Source: Acidobacteriota bacterium
Lineage (GTDB): Bacteria > Acidobacteriota > Aminicenantia > Aminicenantales > UBA4085
Assembly: GCA_028749235.1 (NCBI GenBank)
Contig: JAQULS010000001.1
Location: 755-64,754, forward strand
Direction: 5' to 3'
Length of the DNA: 64,000 nt
Each line of letters starts with the position of its first letter. Position 1 is the first letter of the stretch. Shown one piece after another: positions 1 through 9,278 of the stretch. A program made the translations under genes and the position numbers. Below the pieces are notes generated by a model. The model searched no databases, had not been told where the DNA came from, and saw only the letters and a program-made list of their open reading frames with translations.

Positions 1-1273
1 GCTGATGGATGAGCTCGGCCGCCTCCGACCCGACCAGGTGGGCGCCCAGAAGCCGGTGCGAGCCCCGGTCGAAGATCATCTTGATCAGCCCGGGCATGAA
101 GGAATAGGTGGCGCAGGCCTTGACCAATCCCGAGTAGGCGCAGGTCCCGACGATGACGGCGCGCCCGCCCGCTACGGCCGCTTCCTCGGTCATCCCGACG
201 GAGCCGATTTCGGGCTGGGTGTAAATCCCGCTCGGAACGAATCGCTCGTCGAGGAGCCGGTCCCCGCCGAGCGCGTTTTCGGCCGCCACCGCCCCTTCCA
301 GAATGCCGGTGGCGGAGAGCATCCAGCGGCCCAGGACGTCGCCGGCGGCGTAGACGCCGGGGAGGGACGTCCGCAGGCGGTCATCGGCCAAAACCTGACC
401 CTTCGCCCCCAGCGCGATCCCAGCCGCCTCGAGCCCCAAGCCGGCCGTGGCCGGAGCGCGGCCGACGCAGACCAGGACCTTGTCCGAGGCTATGCGCTCG
501 CCTTGACCGGTCGTAACGGCCGGCCGCCCGTCCGGCCCCGTCTCATAATTCCGGACCATGGTTCCCGGCAGGAACCGGATGCCGCGCCGCTTCATCTCCT
601 TCTCGATGACCGCGACGATGTCCCCGTCCTGCCCGGGCAGGGCATGCTCGAGCTTCTCGATCAGCGTGATTTCGACGCCGAAGGTCCGGAAGATGAAGGC
701 GTACTCACAGCCGATGACTCCCGCGCCGATGATGACCATGCGGGCCGGGAGCTCGGGCATGTCCACCAGTTCGTCGGTCGAAAGCAGGGCCCGGCCGTCC
801 GTGGGCAGGCCGGGAACCGGGAAAGGCCGCGACCCCGTCGCCAGGACGAGACGCGGCGCCTCGACTTCGATCTCGGCGCCGGTGGGCGTCCGGACGAGAA
901 GATGCCGCTCGTCGCGCAGGCTCGCCTCCCCGCGCACGATCCGGACGTTCGGCCCGCGCAAGTGGGCGCCGATGACGCCCTGGTCGCAGCGGGTGATGCG
1001 GGTCCGGCTGGCCAGGACTTCCTTGTAGTCGAGCGCGAATCCGCCCTCGGCCTTGATCCCGAAATTCGCGATCTTCCGCAAAAGCTCGTAGACGCCGGCC
1101 GAAATCGAAAAGACCTTGCTGGGCAAAGTCCCGGTGAAGACGCAGGCGCCGCCGAGCTGGGCCGCCCGCTCGACGACGACAACCCGGGCTCCCATTTCGG
1201 AGGCCCGCACGACGGCGGCGAGGCCCGCTTCGCCGCCCCCCAGGACGGCGATGTCGGCGGCGATTCGTTCCAT
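1..1273 (-). CDS. FAD/NAD(P)-dependent pyridine nucleotide-disulfide-family oxidoreductase, SthA (soluble transhydrogenase)-like; partial, 3-prime end lies beyond the window start
   Basis: My own reverse-complement translation from ATG (revcomp of 1271-1273) reads MERIAADIAVLGGGEAGLAAVVRASEMGARVVVVER (GxGxxG Rossmann) and GGACVFTGTLPSK (CxxxxT, single Cys as in SthA). A second Rossmann motif VIIGAGVIGCEYA follows. The + strand 428-aa ORF here is Arg/Gly-rich antisense. The ORF track does not list this frame because no in-window stop exists. Confidence 0.75.
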   Translation of the reverse strand, partial: MERIAADIAVLGGGEAGLAAVVRASEMGARVVVVERAAQLGGACVFTGTLPSKVFSISAGVYELLRKIANFGIKAEGGFALDYKEVLASRTRITRCDQGVIGAHLRGPNVRIVRGEASLRDERHLLVRTPTGAEIEVEAPRLVLATGSRPFPVPGLPTDGRALLSTDELVDMPELPARMVIIGAGVIGCEYAFIFRTFGVEITLIEKLEHALPGQDGDIVAVIEKEMKRRGIRFLPGTMVRNYETGPDGRPAVTTGQGERIASDKVLVCVGRAPATAGLGLEAAGIALGAKGQVLADDRLRTSLPGVYAAGDVLGRWMLSATGILEGAVAAENALGGDRLLDERFVPSGIYTQPEIGSVGMTEEAAVAGGRAVIVGTCAYSGLVKACATYSFMPGLIKMIFDRGSHRLLGAHLVGSEAAELIHQ

Positions 1274-3633
1274 TATTCCGTTCGGCCGTAGAGCGTCCGC
1301 AGGCGGATCTGAGCCGCGGCCAGCCGGCGCAGGAAGGCGACGGCTTCATCCGAGCGCCGGAACACGGGCATCCCGGCCGCCGCGAGTTTGGCCGCCATCG
1401 GGTCGTAGAGGGCGCCGGCGTCGATGCAGGCGACCACGGGCTTGGACGTGGCCCGGAACATCGCGATCATCCGGGAGGGCGTGCTCTCGGGAGCCTCGAT
1501 CGATTCCGTATGTCCCTGGCCGGGAGCCAGCGTCTGCAGGGCCCGGGTCATGGGAACGGGAGAGATGACGGCGCAGTCGACGGCGGGATCGTCCAGGATG
1601 GCCCGGGCGCATTCGCCGAAGGCCGCGTCGTCGGCCGTCGGGGTGGTGTCCATCGGATTCTTGATGTCCTGCAGCTTGTCGATCCCGGCCGGGGCCAGGA
1701 TCTCCGCCAGGCGCTTCTTGGTCGCCTCGGAGAAGGCGGCCAACTCCAGCCGCGCGCCGTTCTTCAGGCTGTCCGACATGATCACGCACTCGAACCCGGC
1801 GTTGCTGATCAGCCCGACCCGGTTGCCGGCGGCGAAGCGCCCGTGGAGCGAAGGCAGGGCGGCGACGAAGCCGTCGAACTCGGCCAGGCTGCCGGCCACG
1901 ATCACGCCGGCGTCTTCCAGGACCGCCCGGCAGACGCCGTATTCGCCCGCCACGGAGGCGGTGTGGCCGGCCGAGGCCATGCGGCCCTCGGGCGTCCGCC
2001 CGCTCTTGTAGGCGATGACGTAGCGGCCCGGCATCTTGAGGATGTCGCGGGCCGCCTTGGCCGTCAGGTATCCGTCGCCGGGCTTGAAGCCTTCGACGTA
2101 AAGGGCCAAGACCCGGGCCGAAGGCTCGTCCTTGAGATAGTTCAGATAATCGGAGAACCGCAGATCGATCTGGTTCCCCAGCGAGACGGCGTAGAGCGGC
2201 TCGATGGCGTCCATCCGGCTGATGCGGCTGATCATGAAGGCGCCGCTTTGGCTGATGTGAACGAGCTCCGGCCGTTCGTTCCGGGGGAAGCGAAGCTTAT
2301 GCTCGGGGATGAAGGTCGTGTCGTAAAGGCCGGGCCGCGAGTAGATGCCCAGGCAGTTGCCGCCGTTGACGACCGGGGTCGTCTTGCCCTCGCGTCGGCC
2401 TTCCGCCAGGATCGCCTGGATGCGGCCCTCGATCGACTGGGTGCCCTGCTTTTCGCCCATGCCGCCGGCGATGACGATGGCCGAGCGGGCCTTGCCGTGG
2501 GCCACGAGATCCCGCAGGACGCCCTCGCACTGTTCCGCGCCCAGGGTCAGGACGAAGAGATCGACCGTCTCGGGCAAGTCGGCCACGGTGGGGACGCAGC
2601 GGCAGCCGTCGATTTCGGACGGGCCCGGCTTGACGACGTAGACACGGCTCCGGTCGAAGCCCATCTTCAGGATGTTGCGCAGGATGACCCGGCCCAGGTT
2701 GACTTTCTCGGAGACGCCGATGACGGCGGCGGACGCGGGTTTGAGCAGGCTCCCGAGGCCCGCGACCGGACGGTCGTGGACGTCCACATGGGCGCGGCTG
2801 AACCGGCACAGCCCGTCCAGGGGGACGAGCGCGCCGCCGGTCATGACGAAAGGATTGACCTCGGCTTCCTCGATGACGAAGCCGTCGCCCTTGGCGAAGG
2901 GCGAGTAGTGCGCAGCCAGGGCGAGGAATTCGGCGAAAGTCCCGGCCAGCGCCTCGGCCGTCAGGGGCGCGGGACGGCCGCGGAAAGGCTTGACCAGCTT
3001 GTCGAAGACGGCCAGCGGAGCCAGGTGGGACGCAATCGCGTCCCGCGTCAACAGGTGGGCGGAAGCCATGGAAACGGCCTGCCCCTCCTTCAGCCTCTGG
3101 TTGAGATATTCGACCTCGATCCCGCCCGCGCCGAGGGAGACGACGGGGCCGAACTCCCGCGAATGGCGGACGCCGAGCAGGAGCTCGGTCCCGAAGCCGA
3201 CTTTGTCGTAGGCGACCTTCTCGCAGATCAAAACGCCGCGCAGGTCGTTGGCCACGGCTTCCGGAGTCAGGCGTTTCGCTTCTTCCGGGCTTTTCTCCGC
3301 CAGCCAGGAGAGGAAGCGGCCCGGAACGTCCGCTTCCATGAGCCGGATCCCGGCTTTCACGGCGGCCGTCTCCGTCCGGACGAAGGCCACCCCGCCCACG
3401 TCGGTCTTATGCTGGATGAGGGGCGCTATGATCTTCAACACGACCTCGGACGAATGAAACTTCGCCAGGTCGGAAGCTTCGACCGTACCGCCCCGCGGCA
3501 CGAAACAAAAGACCGGCGTCCGCACCCCGGCCGCGGCCAGCACACCGTAGAATTCGTGCTCGAAGAGCGAGGAGCGGCCGTCCTTTTCGGCGGCGGCGAA
3601 GATGGCGTCGATGGCCTTGAAGTCGGCGCCCAT
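1273..3633 (-). CDS. acetate/acyl--CoA ligase, ADP-forming (NDP-forming acyl-CoA synthetase; ATP-grasp domain N-terminal, CoA-binding/ligase domains C-terminal)
   Basis: 786-aa ORF with ATP-grasp-like N-terminus and succinyl-CoA-synthetase-like CoA-binding region (VIGVSEKVNLGRVILRNILKMGF). Start ATG at 3633 is 1 nt from the iorB stop. Stop TAA at 1273-1275 overlaps the next start (TAATG). Confidence 0.8.
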   Translation of the reverse strand: MGADFKAIDAIFAAAEKDGRSSLFEHEFYGVLAAAGVRTPVFCFVPRGGTVEASDLAKFHSSEVVLKIIAPLIQHKTDVGGVAFVRTETAAVKAGIRLMEADVPGRFLSWLAEKSPEEAKRLTPEAVANDLRGVLICEKVAYDKVGFGTELLLGVRHSREFGPVVSLGAGGIEVEYLNQRLKEGQAVSMASAHLLTRDAIASHLAPLAVFDKLVKPFRGRPAPLTAEALAGTFAEFLALAAHYSPFAKGDGFVIEEAEVNPFVMTGGALVPLDGLCRFSRAHVDVHDRPVAGLGSLLKPASAAVIGVSEKVNLGRVILRNILKMGFDRSRVYVVKPGPSEIDGCRCVPTVADLPETVDLFVLTLGAEQCEGVLRDLVAHGKARSAIVIAGGMGEKQGTQSIEGRIQAILAEGRREGKTTPVVNGGNCLGIYSRPGLYDTTFIPEHKLRFPRNERPELVHISQSGAFMISRISRMDAIEPLYAVSLGNQIDLRFSDYLNYLKDEPSARVLALYVEGFKPGDGYLTAKAARDILKMPGRYVIAYKSGRTPEGRMASAGHTASVAGEYGVCRAVLEDAGVIVAGSLAEFDGFVAALPSLHGRFAAGNRVGLISNAGFECVIMSDSLKNGARLELAAFSEATKKRLAEILAPAGIDKLQDIKNPMDTTPTADDAAFGECARAILDDPAVDCAVISPVPMTRALQTLAPGQGHTESIEAPESTPSRMIAMFRATSKPVVACIDAGALYDPMAAKLAAAGMPVFRRSDEAVAFLRRLAAAQIRLRTLYGRTE

Positions 3634-3634
3634 G

Positions 3635-4219
3635 CTATTCGGCCGCCCGCCGGCCCGACTCGAAGGCTTTCAGGTTGGCCTCCAGGATGGCTTCGCCCCG
3701 CTTGGCAAAGAGCACGCGGACGAATTCGAGCAGCGCTTCCCGGCCCGGCAGAAGATGCCGGGACGCGGCGCCGAGCATGACCGTGTTCTGGGCCCGAACG
3801 GAGCCGGCTTCCTTGGCCAGGGCCTCGCTGTCCACGATGACGCTCCCCGGCAGGGCCCTGAGGCGGCCCAGCAGGGCGGCTTTGTCGGGATAGTCGGGGA
3901 TGTTGACGAAGGGGGTGCTGCTGGTCACGATCCGGCCGCCGGGTGCCAGGTAGTCGAGATAGCGCAGGGCTTCCAAGGGCTCGACGCTCAAGATCACATC
4001 GGCCCCGCCGCGCGGGATGAGATCGCTCCAGATCCGTTCGCTCGACAGCCGCAGGTGGGAGGTCACCGCGCCGCCCCGCTGGGCCATGCCGTGGACCTCG
4101 GCCTGCTTGACATGGTAGCCCTCCTTGAGGGCGGCGCTGTCGATGACGAAGGCGATCGACAGGATGCCCTGCCCGCCGACGCCGGCCAGGATGATGTCCT
4201 GCTTGCGCTTGTCGCTCAT
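3635..4219 (-). CDS. iorB: indolepyruvate:ferredoxin oxidoreductase subunit beta
   Basis: MSDKRKQDIILAGVGGQGILSIAFVI... is a typical IorB/2-oxoacid:ferredoxin oxidoreductase gamma-like fold. ATGA overlap with the iorA stop at 4216-4219. Confidence 0.85.
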   Translation of the reverse strand: MSDKRKQDIILAGVGGQGILSIAFVIDSAALKEGYHVKQAEVHGMAQRGGAVTSHLRLSSERIWSDLIPRGGADVILSVEPLEALRYLDYLAPGGRIVTSSTPFVNIPDYPDKAALLGRLRALPGSVIVDSEALAKEAGSVRAQNTVMLGAASRHLLPGREALLEFVRVLFAKRGEAILEANLKAFESGRRAAE

Positions 4220-5820
4220 CGGGCGCCTCCGAGCTTGTTCTTTTTCTTGGCCTCTTCCAGGCATTCCCGGACCGCCACCACGACCGACAAGCCGCGGCGG
4301 GCGATCTCCTCGCGAAAGACTTTCACGTTATCCTCGTGGAACTTGGGCAGCGGGGTGATGATCCGGATGCGTTCGGCCGGGACGCCGACGCCCCGGATGA
4401 TATCGAGCAGCCTGGCGCCGGTCGAGAAGGAGGGCTGGGTTCCGGTCATGGCCACGGTGCCGTTGTCCAGGACGACCAGGACCATGTCGGCATCGACGGC
4501 CGCGGCGCTCAAAAGGGCGGTGATGCCCGAGTGGCCGAAAGTCGAGTCCCCGATGACGCCGAGGGCGGGATGGAGGCCCGCTTCGGCCGCGCCGTGGGCC
4601 ATGCCGATGCTGGCGCCCATGCAGACGCAGGAATCGATGGCGTTGTGGGGCGGGAAGTAGCCCAGGGTGTAACAGCCGATGTCCGAGAAGACGACGGCGC
4701 CGGGCTGATCTTCCAAGGCCTTCTTGAGGGCCTTGAACGTGTCGGCGTGGGGACAGCCGACGCAGAGCTGGGGCGGCCGATTGGCCAGCGGGACATCGCC
4801 CATCGACCGCCGCTCGAGCGGCGCCAGGCCCAAAGCGGCCCGGATGGACTCGGGCGAGAGCTCGCCCTGGGCCGGCAGATGGCCCGACAGCCGGCCGATC
4901 ACGGTCTTGCCGGGGATTCCGAACAGGCCCCGGATCTGGCGCTCGATGAGGGGATAGCCCTCCTCGGCCACCAGGATCGTGTCGCAGTGATCGGCCAGGC
5001 GGCGCACCAGGTCCTCGGGAACCGGATAGACCGAAATCTTAAGGATCGACGGTTTAAGCCCCGAGCCTTCCAGGTTTTCCATGACGTAGTTATAGCCGAT
5101 GCCGGAGGCGATGATGCCCAGCTTGCGGTCGCCGGGAGCGAGATCGAGCCGATTGAAGGGCGATGCGGAGGCATAGCGGGCCAGCTCGGGCTGAAGCTCG
5201 AGAACCCGTTTGAATCGGCGCCGGGCGTTGCCGGGAAGAAGCGTCCACGAGGACCGCTCCCCCTTCCGGACCTCGTTTTGGGGCCGCGCCGGACGCGTCT
5301 CGACCCCGGCCCGGCTGTGCGACAGCCGGGTGGTCATCCGGATCATGACCGGCAGGTCGAGCCTCTCCGAAAGGTCGAAGGCCTCCCGGACCATGTCGTA
5401 GGACTCCTGGTGGTCGGCCGGCTCGAAGCAGGGGATCATGGCGAACTGGGCGTAGAACCGGCTGTCTTGCTCGTTCTGGGAGCTGTGCATGCTGGGATCG
5501 TCGGCCGAGCAGACGACGAGCCCGCCGTTGGCCCCGGTCAGGGAGGCGCTCATGAACGGGTCGGCGGCCACGTTGAGCCCGACGTGCTTGAAGGAGACGA
5601 AAGCCCGCTTGCCGGCGTACGAGCAGCCCAAGGCCTCCTCGAAAGCGGTCTTCTCGTTGACCGACCAGGCCGCCCGGAAGGCGGCGCCGCGGCCGATCTT
5701 GATCAGATACTCCATGATCTCGGAGGCCGGCGTGCCGGGATAGGAATAGGCGCCGCTCAAACCGGCGTGGACCGCTCCCAAACCGATGGCTTCATCGCCC
5801 AAGAGAATTTCCTTGCTCAT
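4216..5820 (-). CDS. iorA: indolepyruvate:ferredoxin oxidoreductase subunit alpha (TPP and 4Fe-4S binding)
   Basis: 534-aa ORF. A CxxCxxC-like cluster (LCVGCPHADTF), a TPP-binding region (GDSTFGHSGITALL) and length match IorA. Confidence 0.88.
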   Translation of the reverse strand: MSKEILLGDEAIGLGAVHAGLSGAYSYPGTPASEIMEYLIKIGRGAAFRAAWSVNEKTAFEEALGCSYAGKRAFVSFKHVGLNVAADPFMSASLTGANGGLVVCSADDPSMHSSQNEQDSRFYAQFAMIPCFEPADHQESYDMVREAFDLSERLDLPVMIRMTTRLSHSRAGVETRPARPQNEVRKGERSSWTLLPGNARRRFKRVLELQPELARYASASPFNRLDLAPGDRKLGIIASGIGYNYVMENLEGSGLKPSILKISVYPVPEDLVRRLADHCDTILVAEEGYPLIERQIRGLFGIPGKTVIGRLSGHLPAQGELSPESIRAALGLAPLERRSMGDVPLANRPPQLCVGCPHADTFKALKKALEDQPGAVVFSDIGCYTLGYFPPHNAIDSCVCMGASIGMAHGAAEAGLHPALGVIGDSTFGHSGITALLSAAAVDADMVLVVLDNGTVAMTGTQPSFSTGARLLDIIRGVGVPAERIRIITPLPKFHEDNVKVFREEIARRGLSVVVAVRECLEEAKKKNKLGGAR

Positions 5821-6002
5821 GATTCCATCCTTTTGGAGTTGCTGCGGGAACGGTTAGGATACCTTCCCCGCCGCCGGAGTGTCAAGGCGCGTCGGGCGCT
5901 TATCCTGATAAAATCTATAAAATTAGGTTGATATTCGGGCCGGGCTTGATCTATGATGAAAAGGCGCGACGCCCGGCATTCCTTCCCGCGCAGGAGTTCG
6001 GC
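5821..6002. promoter_or_regulatory. divergent intergenic region between the iorA operon and the Rrf2 regulator gene, with an AT-richer core (ctgataaaatctataaaattaggttgatatt)
   Basis: Only strongly AT-enriched stretch in an otherwise GC-rich region, located between two divergently oriented starts. Promoter/operator role is inferred, not demonstrated. Confidence 0.3.
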
Positions 6003-6458
6003 ATGATCAAGCTGTCGACGAAAGGCCGCTACGGAACCCGGCTGATGGTCAGCCTGGCCCGCCATTACCGCGAATCGCAGGATACCGTCATCCTCAAAAG
6101 CGTGGCCGATGAAGAGGGCATTTCGATCCGCTATCTCGAGCAGATCATCATTCCGCTCAAGATCAACAAACTGGTCAAGAGCATCCGCGGCGCCGGCGGC
6201 GGCTACACCCTGGCCCGGGCCCCCAAGGACATCAAGCTCTGCGACATCCTGCACGCCCTGGAAGGCTCCTGCAGCCTGGTCGAGTGCGTCGAGGACGAGA
6301 GCGTCTGCGCCAAGGTGTCCACCTGCGGCACCTACGAGATATGGAAAACGGCCACGCATTTGATGAAAGACTACTTCGACAACGTCTCCCTGCAGGATAT
6401 CATCGAAATCGCCGAAAAGAAGGCGGCCTCCGCCCGCAAGAAGGGCCGGGCCAAGTAG
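6003..6458 (+). CDS. Rrf2 family transcriptional regulator with a three-Cys cluster (IscR/NsrR-like Fe-S sensor)
   Basis: MIKLSTKGRYGTRLMVSLA... helix-turn-helix of the Rrf2 family. CSLVECVEDESVCAKVSTC supplies cluster-ligating Cys. In-frame ATG at 6003 within track ORF 5928..6458. Confidence 0.8.
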   Translation: MIKLSTKGRYGTRLMVSLARHYRESQDTVILKSVADEEGISIRYLEQIIIPLKINKLVKSIRGAGGGYTLARAPKDIKLCDILHALEGSCSLVECVEDESVCAKVSTCGTYEIWKTATHLMKDYFDNVSLQDIIEIAEKKAASARKKGRAK

Positions 6459-6496
6459 GCCGGCGCCGCCGCATCCGCCCGGCCCCGGTTCGGCTC

Positions 6497-7852
6497 ATGC
6501 GCTCCCTCATTCGCTTCTTCAGCTCCCTCCGGCTGGCCATCGTCCTGATCATCCTCCTGGCCGCCGCCTCGGTTCTCGGCACGCTCATTCCCCAGGGACG
6601 GACGCTCGAGGAATACGCCGTTCGCTACGGAGGGGCGGCCGGGATCCTGGTCAAGTCCGGGCTGACCGGGTTGTACCATGCCGCGGGCTTCCTCGCCCTT
6701 CTCATCCTGCTGGGACTCAACATCGCGGTCTGCACCCTGACCCGTCTTCCCGGCAAGCTCCGCCGGGCCTTCCGCCCGCGCCTGGAAACGGAGGCCAAGG
6801 CCCTGGCCGGGTTCAAGATCCACGATCGCCTCAAGCGGAGCGCCCCCCTGGCCGAAGTCAGGGAACGGCTCGAGACGGCCATGCGCGAAGCGGGCTGGCG
6901 GGTCCGTTCGGAATCACGGGAAAACCGCGTCCACATCCTGGCCCGCAAGCGGACGGCCGGCTTGTTCGGCTCGGACATCGTCCACCTCGGCCTTCTCGTC
7001 CTCCTGGCGGGCGGCATCGTCACGGCCGCGGCCGGATTCCGGACCGAGCTGGCCCTGAGCGAAGGCCTGACGCTCGACGTGCCGAAGGCGGGCTTCGCCC
7101 TGCGCCTGGACAAGTTCGATACGGAATACCATCCCGACGGCAGCGTCAAGGCCTGGAAAAGCTCCGTGACCGTCCTGGAAGCGGAGCGGCCGGTTCGGCA
7201 AGCGGTCATCGCCGTCAACCATCCCCTCACGCACCGCGGCTATTCCTTCTACCAGATGAGCTACGGGGACGACTGGGACGCGACCCGCGTGACGCTGGCG
7301 GTCCGCAAGAAGGACGATCCGGCGCCCGCCCGCCCCATCATCCTTCATCCGGGCCGGCGGCTCGCTCTCGGCGACGCGGCCGGATCGGAGATCGAGCTGA
7401 AGCGATTCCTGCCCGATTTCGTCCTGGGCGAAGGGAACCGGCCTGAAAACCGGTCCTACCGGCCCGACAATCCGGCCGCCCTGGTTGAAATCCGCGGCGG
7501 CGGGGAGACGGCCTTCGAGGGCTGGGTCTTCGCCAACTATCCCGGCTTCGCCCAAGCCCACGGACGCGAGGCATCCGGCTGGGAGGTCGGGATCAAGGCC
7601 TTCGACGCCCCTCGCTTCTCGGTTCTGGAAGCGGCCAAGGATCCCGGCGTCCCCCTCATCTGGATAGGCTGCCTGCTGGGCATGGCCGGGCTCTTTTTGG
7701 CTTTCTATTGGCCGGCCCGAGAGATACGGGCCGGGCTGGAGGAGGCCAACGGCCGGACGGACATCGGCTTGGGCGGAACGGCCGCCAAAGGCCGGGACCG
7801 CCTGCAGGCCGAATTCACCGCCCTCGTCGAATCGCTCCGGAGGCCAACATGA
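6497..7852 (+). CDS. ccsB: cytochrome c biogenesis protein ResB/CcsB (System II)
   Basis: MRSLIRFFSSLRLAIVLIILLAAASVLGTLIPQG is the canonical ResB N-terminus. Large periplasmic domain and C-terminal TM. Stop overlaps the ccsA start (ATGA at 7849-7852). Confidence 0.85.
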   Translation: MRSLIRFFSSLRLAIVLIILLAAASVLGTLIPQGRTLEEYAVRYGGAAGILVKSGLTGLYHAAGFLALLILLGLNIAVCTLTRLPGKLRRAFRPRLETEAKALAGFKIHDRLKRSAPLAEVRERLETAMREAGWRVRSESRENRVHILARKRTAGLFGSDIVHLGLLVLLAGGIVTAAAGFRTELALSEGLTLDVPKAGFALRLDKFDTEYHPDGSVKAWKSSVTVLEAERPVRQAVIAVNHPLTHRGYSFYQMSYGDDWDATRVTLAVRKKDDPAPARPIILHPGRRLALGDAAGSEIELKRFLPDFVLGEGNRPENRSYRPDNPAALVEIRGGGETAFEGWVFANYPGFAQAHGREASGWEVGIKAFDAPRFSVLEAAKDPGVPLIWIGCLLGMAGLFLAFYWPAREIRAGLEEANGRTDIGLGGTAAKGRDRLQAEFTALVESLRRPT

Positions 7853-8637
7853 CCGAATCGACGTTCTTCGCCGCCGCCCTCGCGGTTTATGCCGCGGCCG
7901 CCTTCTTCTATCTGCTCTTCCTGTTCAACGGGAAGGAACGGTCGGCCAAGACGGGCTTCGCCGTGGCGGTGGCCGGATTCGTCCTCCACACCGGCGCCTT
8001 GATCCTGCGGACGGTCGAAAGCGGGCATGCCCCCTTCACCAACATGTACGAATCGCTGTCCTTTCTGGCCTGGGCTTCGGTTCTGGCCTTCGTCCTGGTC
8101 ACCCTGCGCTTCCGCATGCACCGTGTCGGCCCCTACCTCCTGCTGATCGTCATCGGGTTGATGGCCCTGGCCTCCTCTCCCCTGATGCCCAAGGAAGCGA
8201 CGCCGCTCGTGCCGGCCCTGCAGAGCTACTGGCTGTGGCTTCACGTCTCGGTGACCCTGCTCGGCGAGGCCTTCTTCGCCATCGCCTTCGTCACCAGCCT
8301 GATGTACCTCAAGGCCCGGGATCCGGAGAAGAAGGAACGCTTGGACGCGGTCAGCTACCGCGCGATCTCGGTCGGCTTTCCCCTCTTCACCCTGGGCGGG
8401 CTCGTCTTCGGCATGGTCTGGGCCCAGAAGGCCTGGGGCACCTACTGGAGCTGGGATCCCAAGGAAGTCTGGAGCCTGATCACCTGGTTCGTCTTCGCCC
8501 TTTATCTTCACACCCGGATCGTCATGGGCTGGAAGGGCCGGCGATCGGCGTTCATCGCCGTTCTCGGCTTCCTGGCCGCCCTATTCACCTTCTTCGGCGT
8601 CAACTACCTGCTGGCCGGCCTTCACAGCTACGCTTGA
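7849..8637 (+). CDS. ccsA: cytochrome c-type biogenesis protein CcsA/ResC (heme export/lyase subunit)
   Basis: Polytopic membrane protein with a Trp-rich WWD-like region (WGTYWSWDPKEVWSLITW). Start MTESTFF at 7849. Confidence 0.85.
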   Translation: MTESTFFAAALAVYAAAAFFYLLFLFNGKERSAKTGFAVAVAGFVLHTGALILRTVESGHAPFTNMYESLSFLAWASVLAFVLVTLRFRMHRVGPYLLLIVIGLMALASSPLMPKEATPLVPALQSYWLWLHVSVTLLGEAFFAIAFVTSLMYLKARDPEKKERLDAVSYRAISVGFPLFTLGGLVFGMVWAQKAWGTYWSWDPKEVWSLITWFVFALYLHTRIVMGWKGRRSAFIAVLGFLAALFTFFGVNYLLAGLHSYA

Positions 8638-9278
8638 GCGGAAGTCCCCGTCCCATCGATGAGCATCCGCAGGCCGCGCGCGGCGCCTTCCGGGTCCGCC
8701 GCGGCCATGATCGCCGAGACGACGGCCAGGCCGTCCGCCCCCGCCTCCAGAACGGCGGCGGCGTTGGCGGCGGAGATGCCTCCGATGGCCACCAACGGAA
8801 GCGCGATCGAGACCCGCAGCGCCCGTAAGCCCTCCAATCCCCAGCCCGGTCCGGCCTCCGGCTTGGTCGGCGTCGCAAAGACCGGACTCACGCCCAGGTA
8901 ATCGATGTCCCGGCCGGCGGCCGCGCGCGCTTGGGCCATGGTTTCCACGGACAAGCCGATGACGGCGTCCGGCCCCAGCCGCCGGCGGGCTTCCTCCGGC
9001 GAAGCGTCGCTTTGACCGAGATGAACTCCATCGGCTCCCGCGGCCAGCGCAATGTCGACGCGGTCGTTGATGAGAAGGGGAATCCCGAAAGGGATCAAGA
9101 GGGATTTCAAACGGACCGCGGCTTGGATGAACGCGGCGGTCTCCAGCCGTTTTTCCCGGAGCTGCACGGCCGTCACGCCGCCCCTCGCCGCCGCCGCGAC
9201 GACATTCTCCAGGCCGCGCCCCCCGGCCAGATCCCGGTCGGTGACCAGATAGAGCCGGGGATTGAAAAGCCGTTTCAC
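8628..9278 (-). CDS. thiE: thiamine-phosphate synthase
   Basis: VKRLFNPRLYLVTDRDL... then GVTAVQLREK... is the ThiE signature. GTG start at 9278 overlaps the thiM stop (GTGA). Confidence 0.85.
   Translation of the reverse strand: MKRLFNPRLYLVTDRDLAGGRGLENVVAAAARGGVTAVQLREKRLETAAFIQAAVRLKSLLIPFGIPLLINDRVDIALAAGADGVHLGQSDASPEEARRRLGPDAVIGLSVETMAQARAAAGRDIDYLGVSPVFATPTKPEAGPGWGLEGLRALRVSIALPLVAIGGISAANAAAVLEAGADGLAVVSAIMAAADPEGAARGLRMLIDGTGTSAQA

Noticed and set aside
5-1291. 428-aa + strand ORF rich in Arg/Gly/Asp/Pro
   Set aside because: It lies antisense to a well-formed flavoprotein gene on the minus strand (Rossmann motifs, SthA-like CxxxxT). Composition is typical of an out-of-frame or antisense reading in high-GC DNA.
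1510-3780. 756-aa + strand ORF
   Set aside because: Antisense to the ADP-forming acyl-CoA synthetase gene. Low-complexity R/G/D/A composition and no motifs.
4336-5931. 531-aa + strand ORF
   Set aside because: Antisense to iorA. Same compositional artefact.
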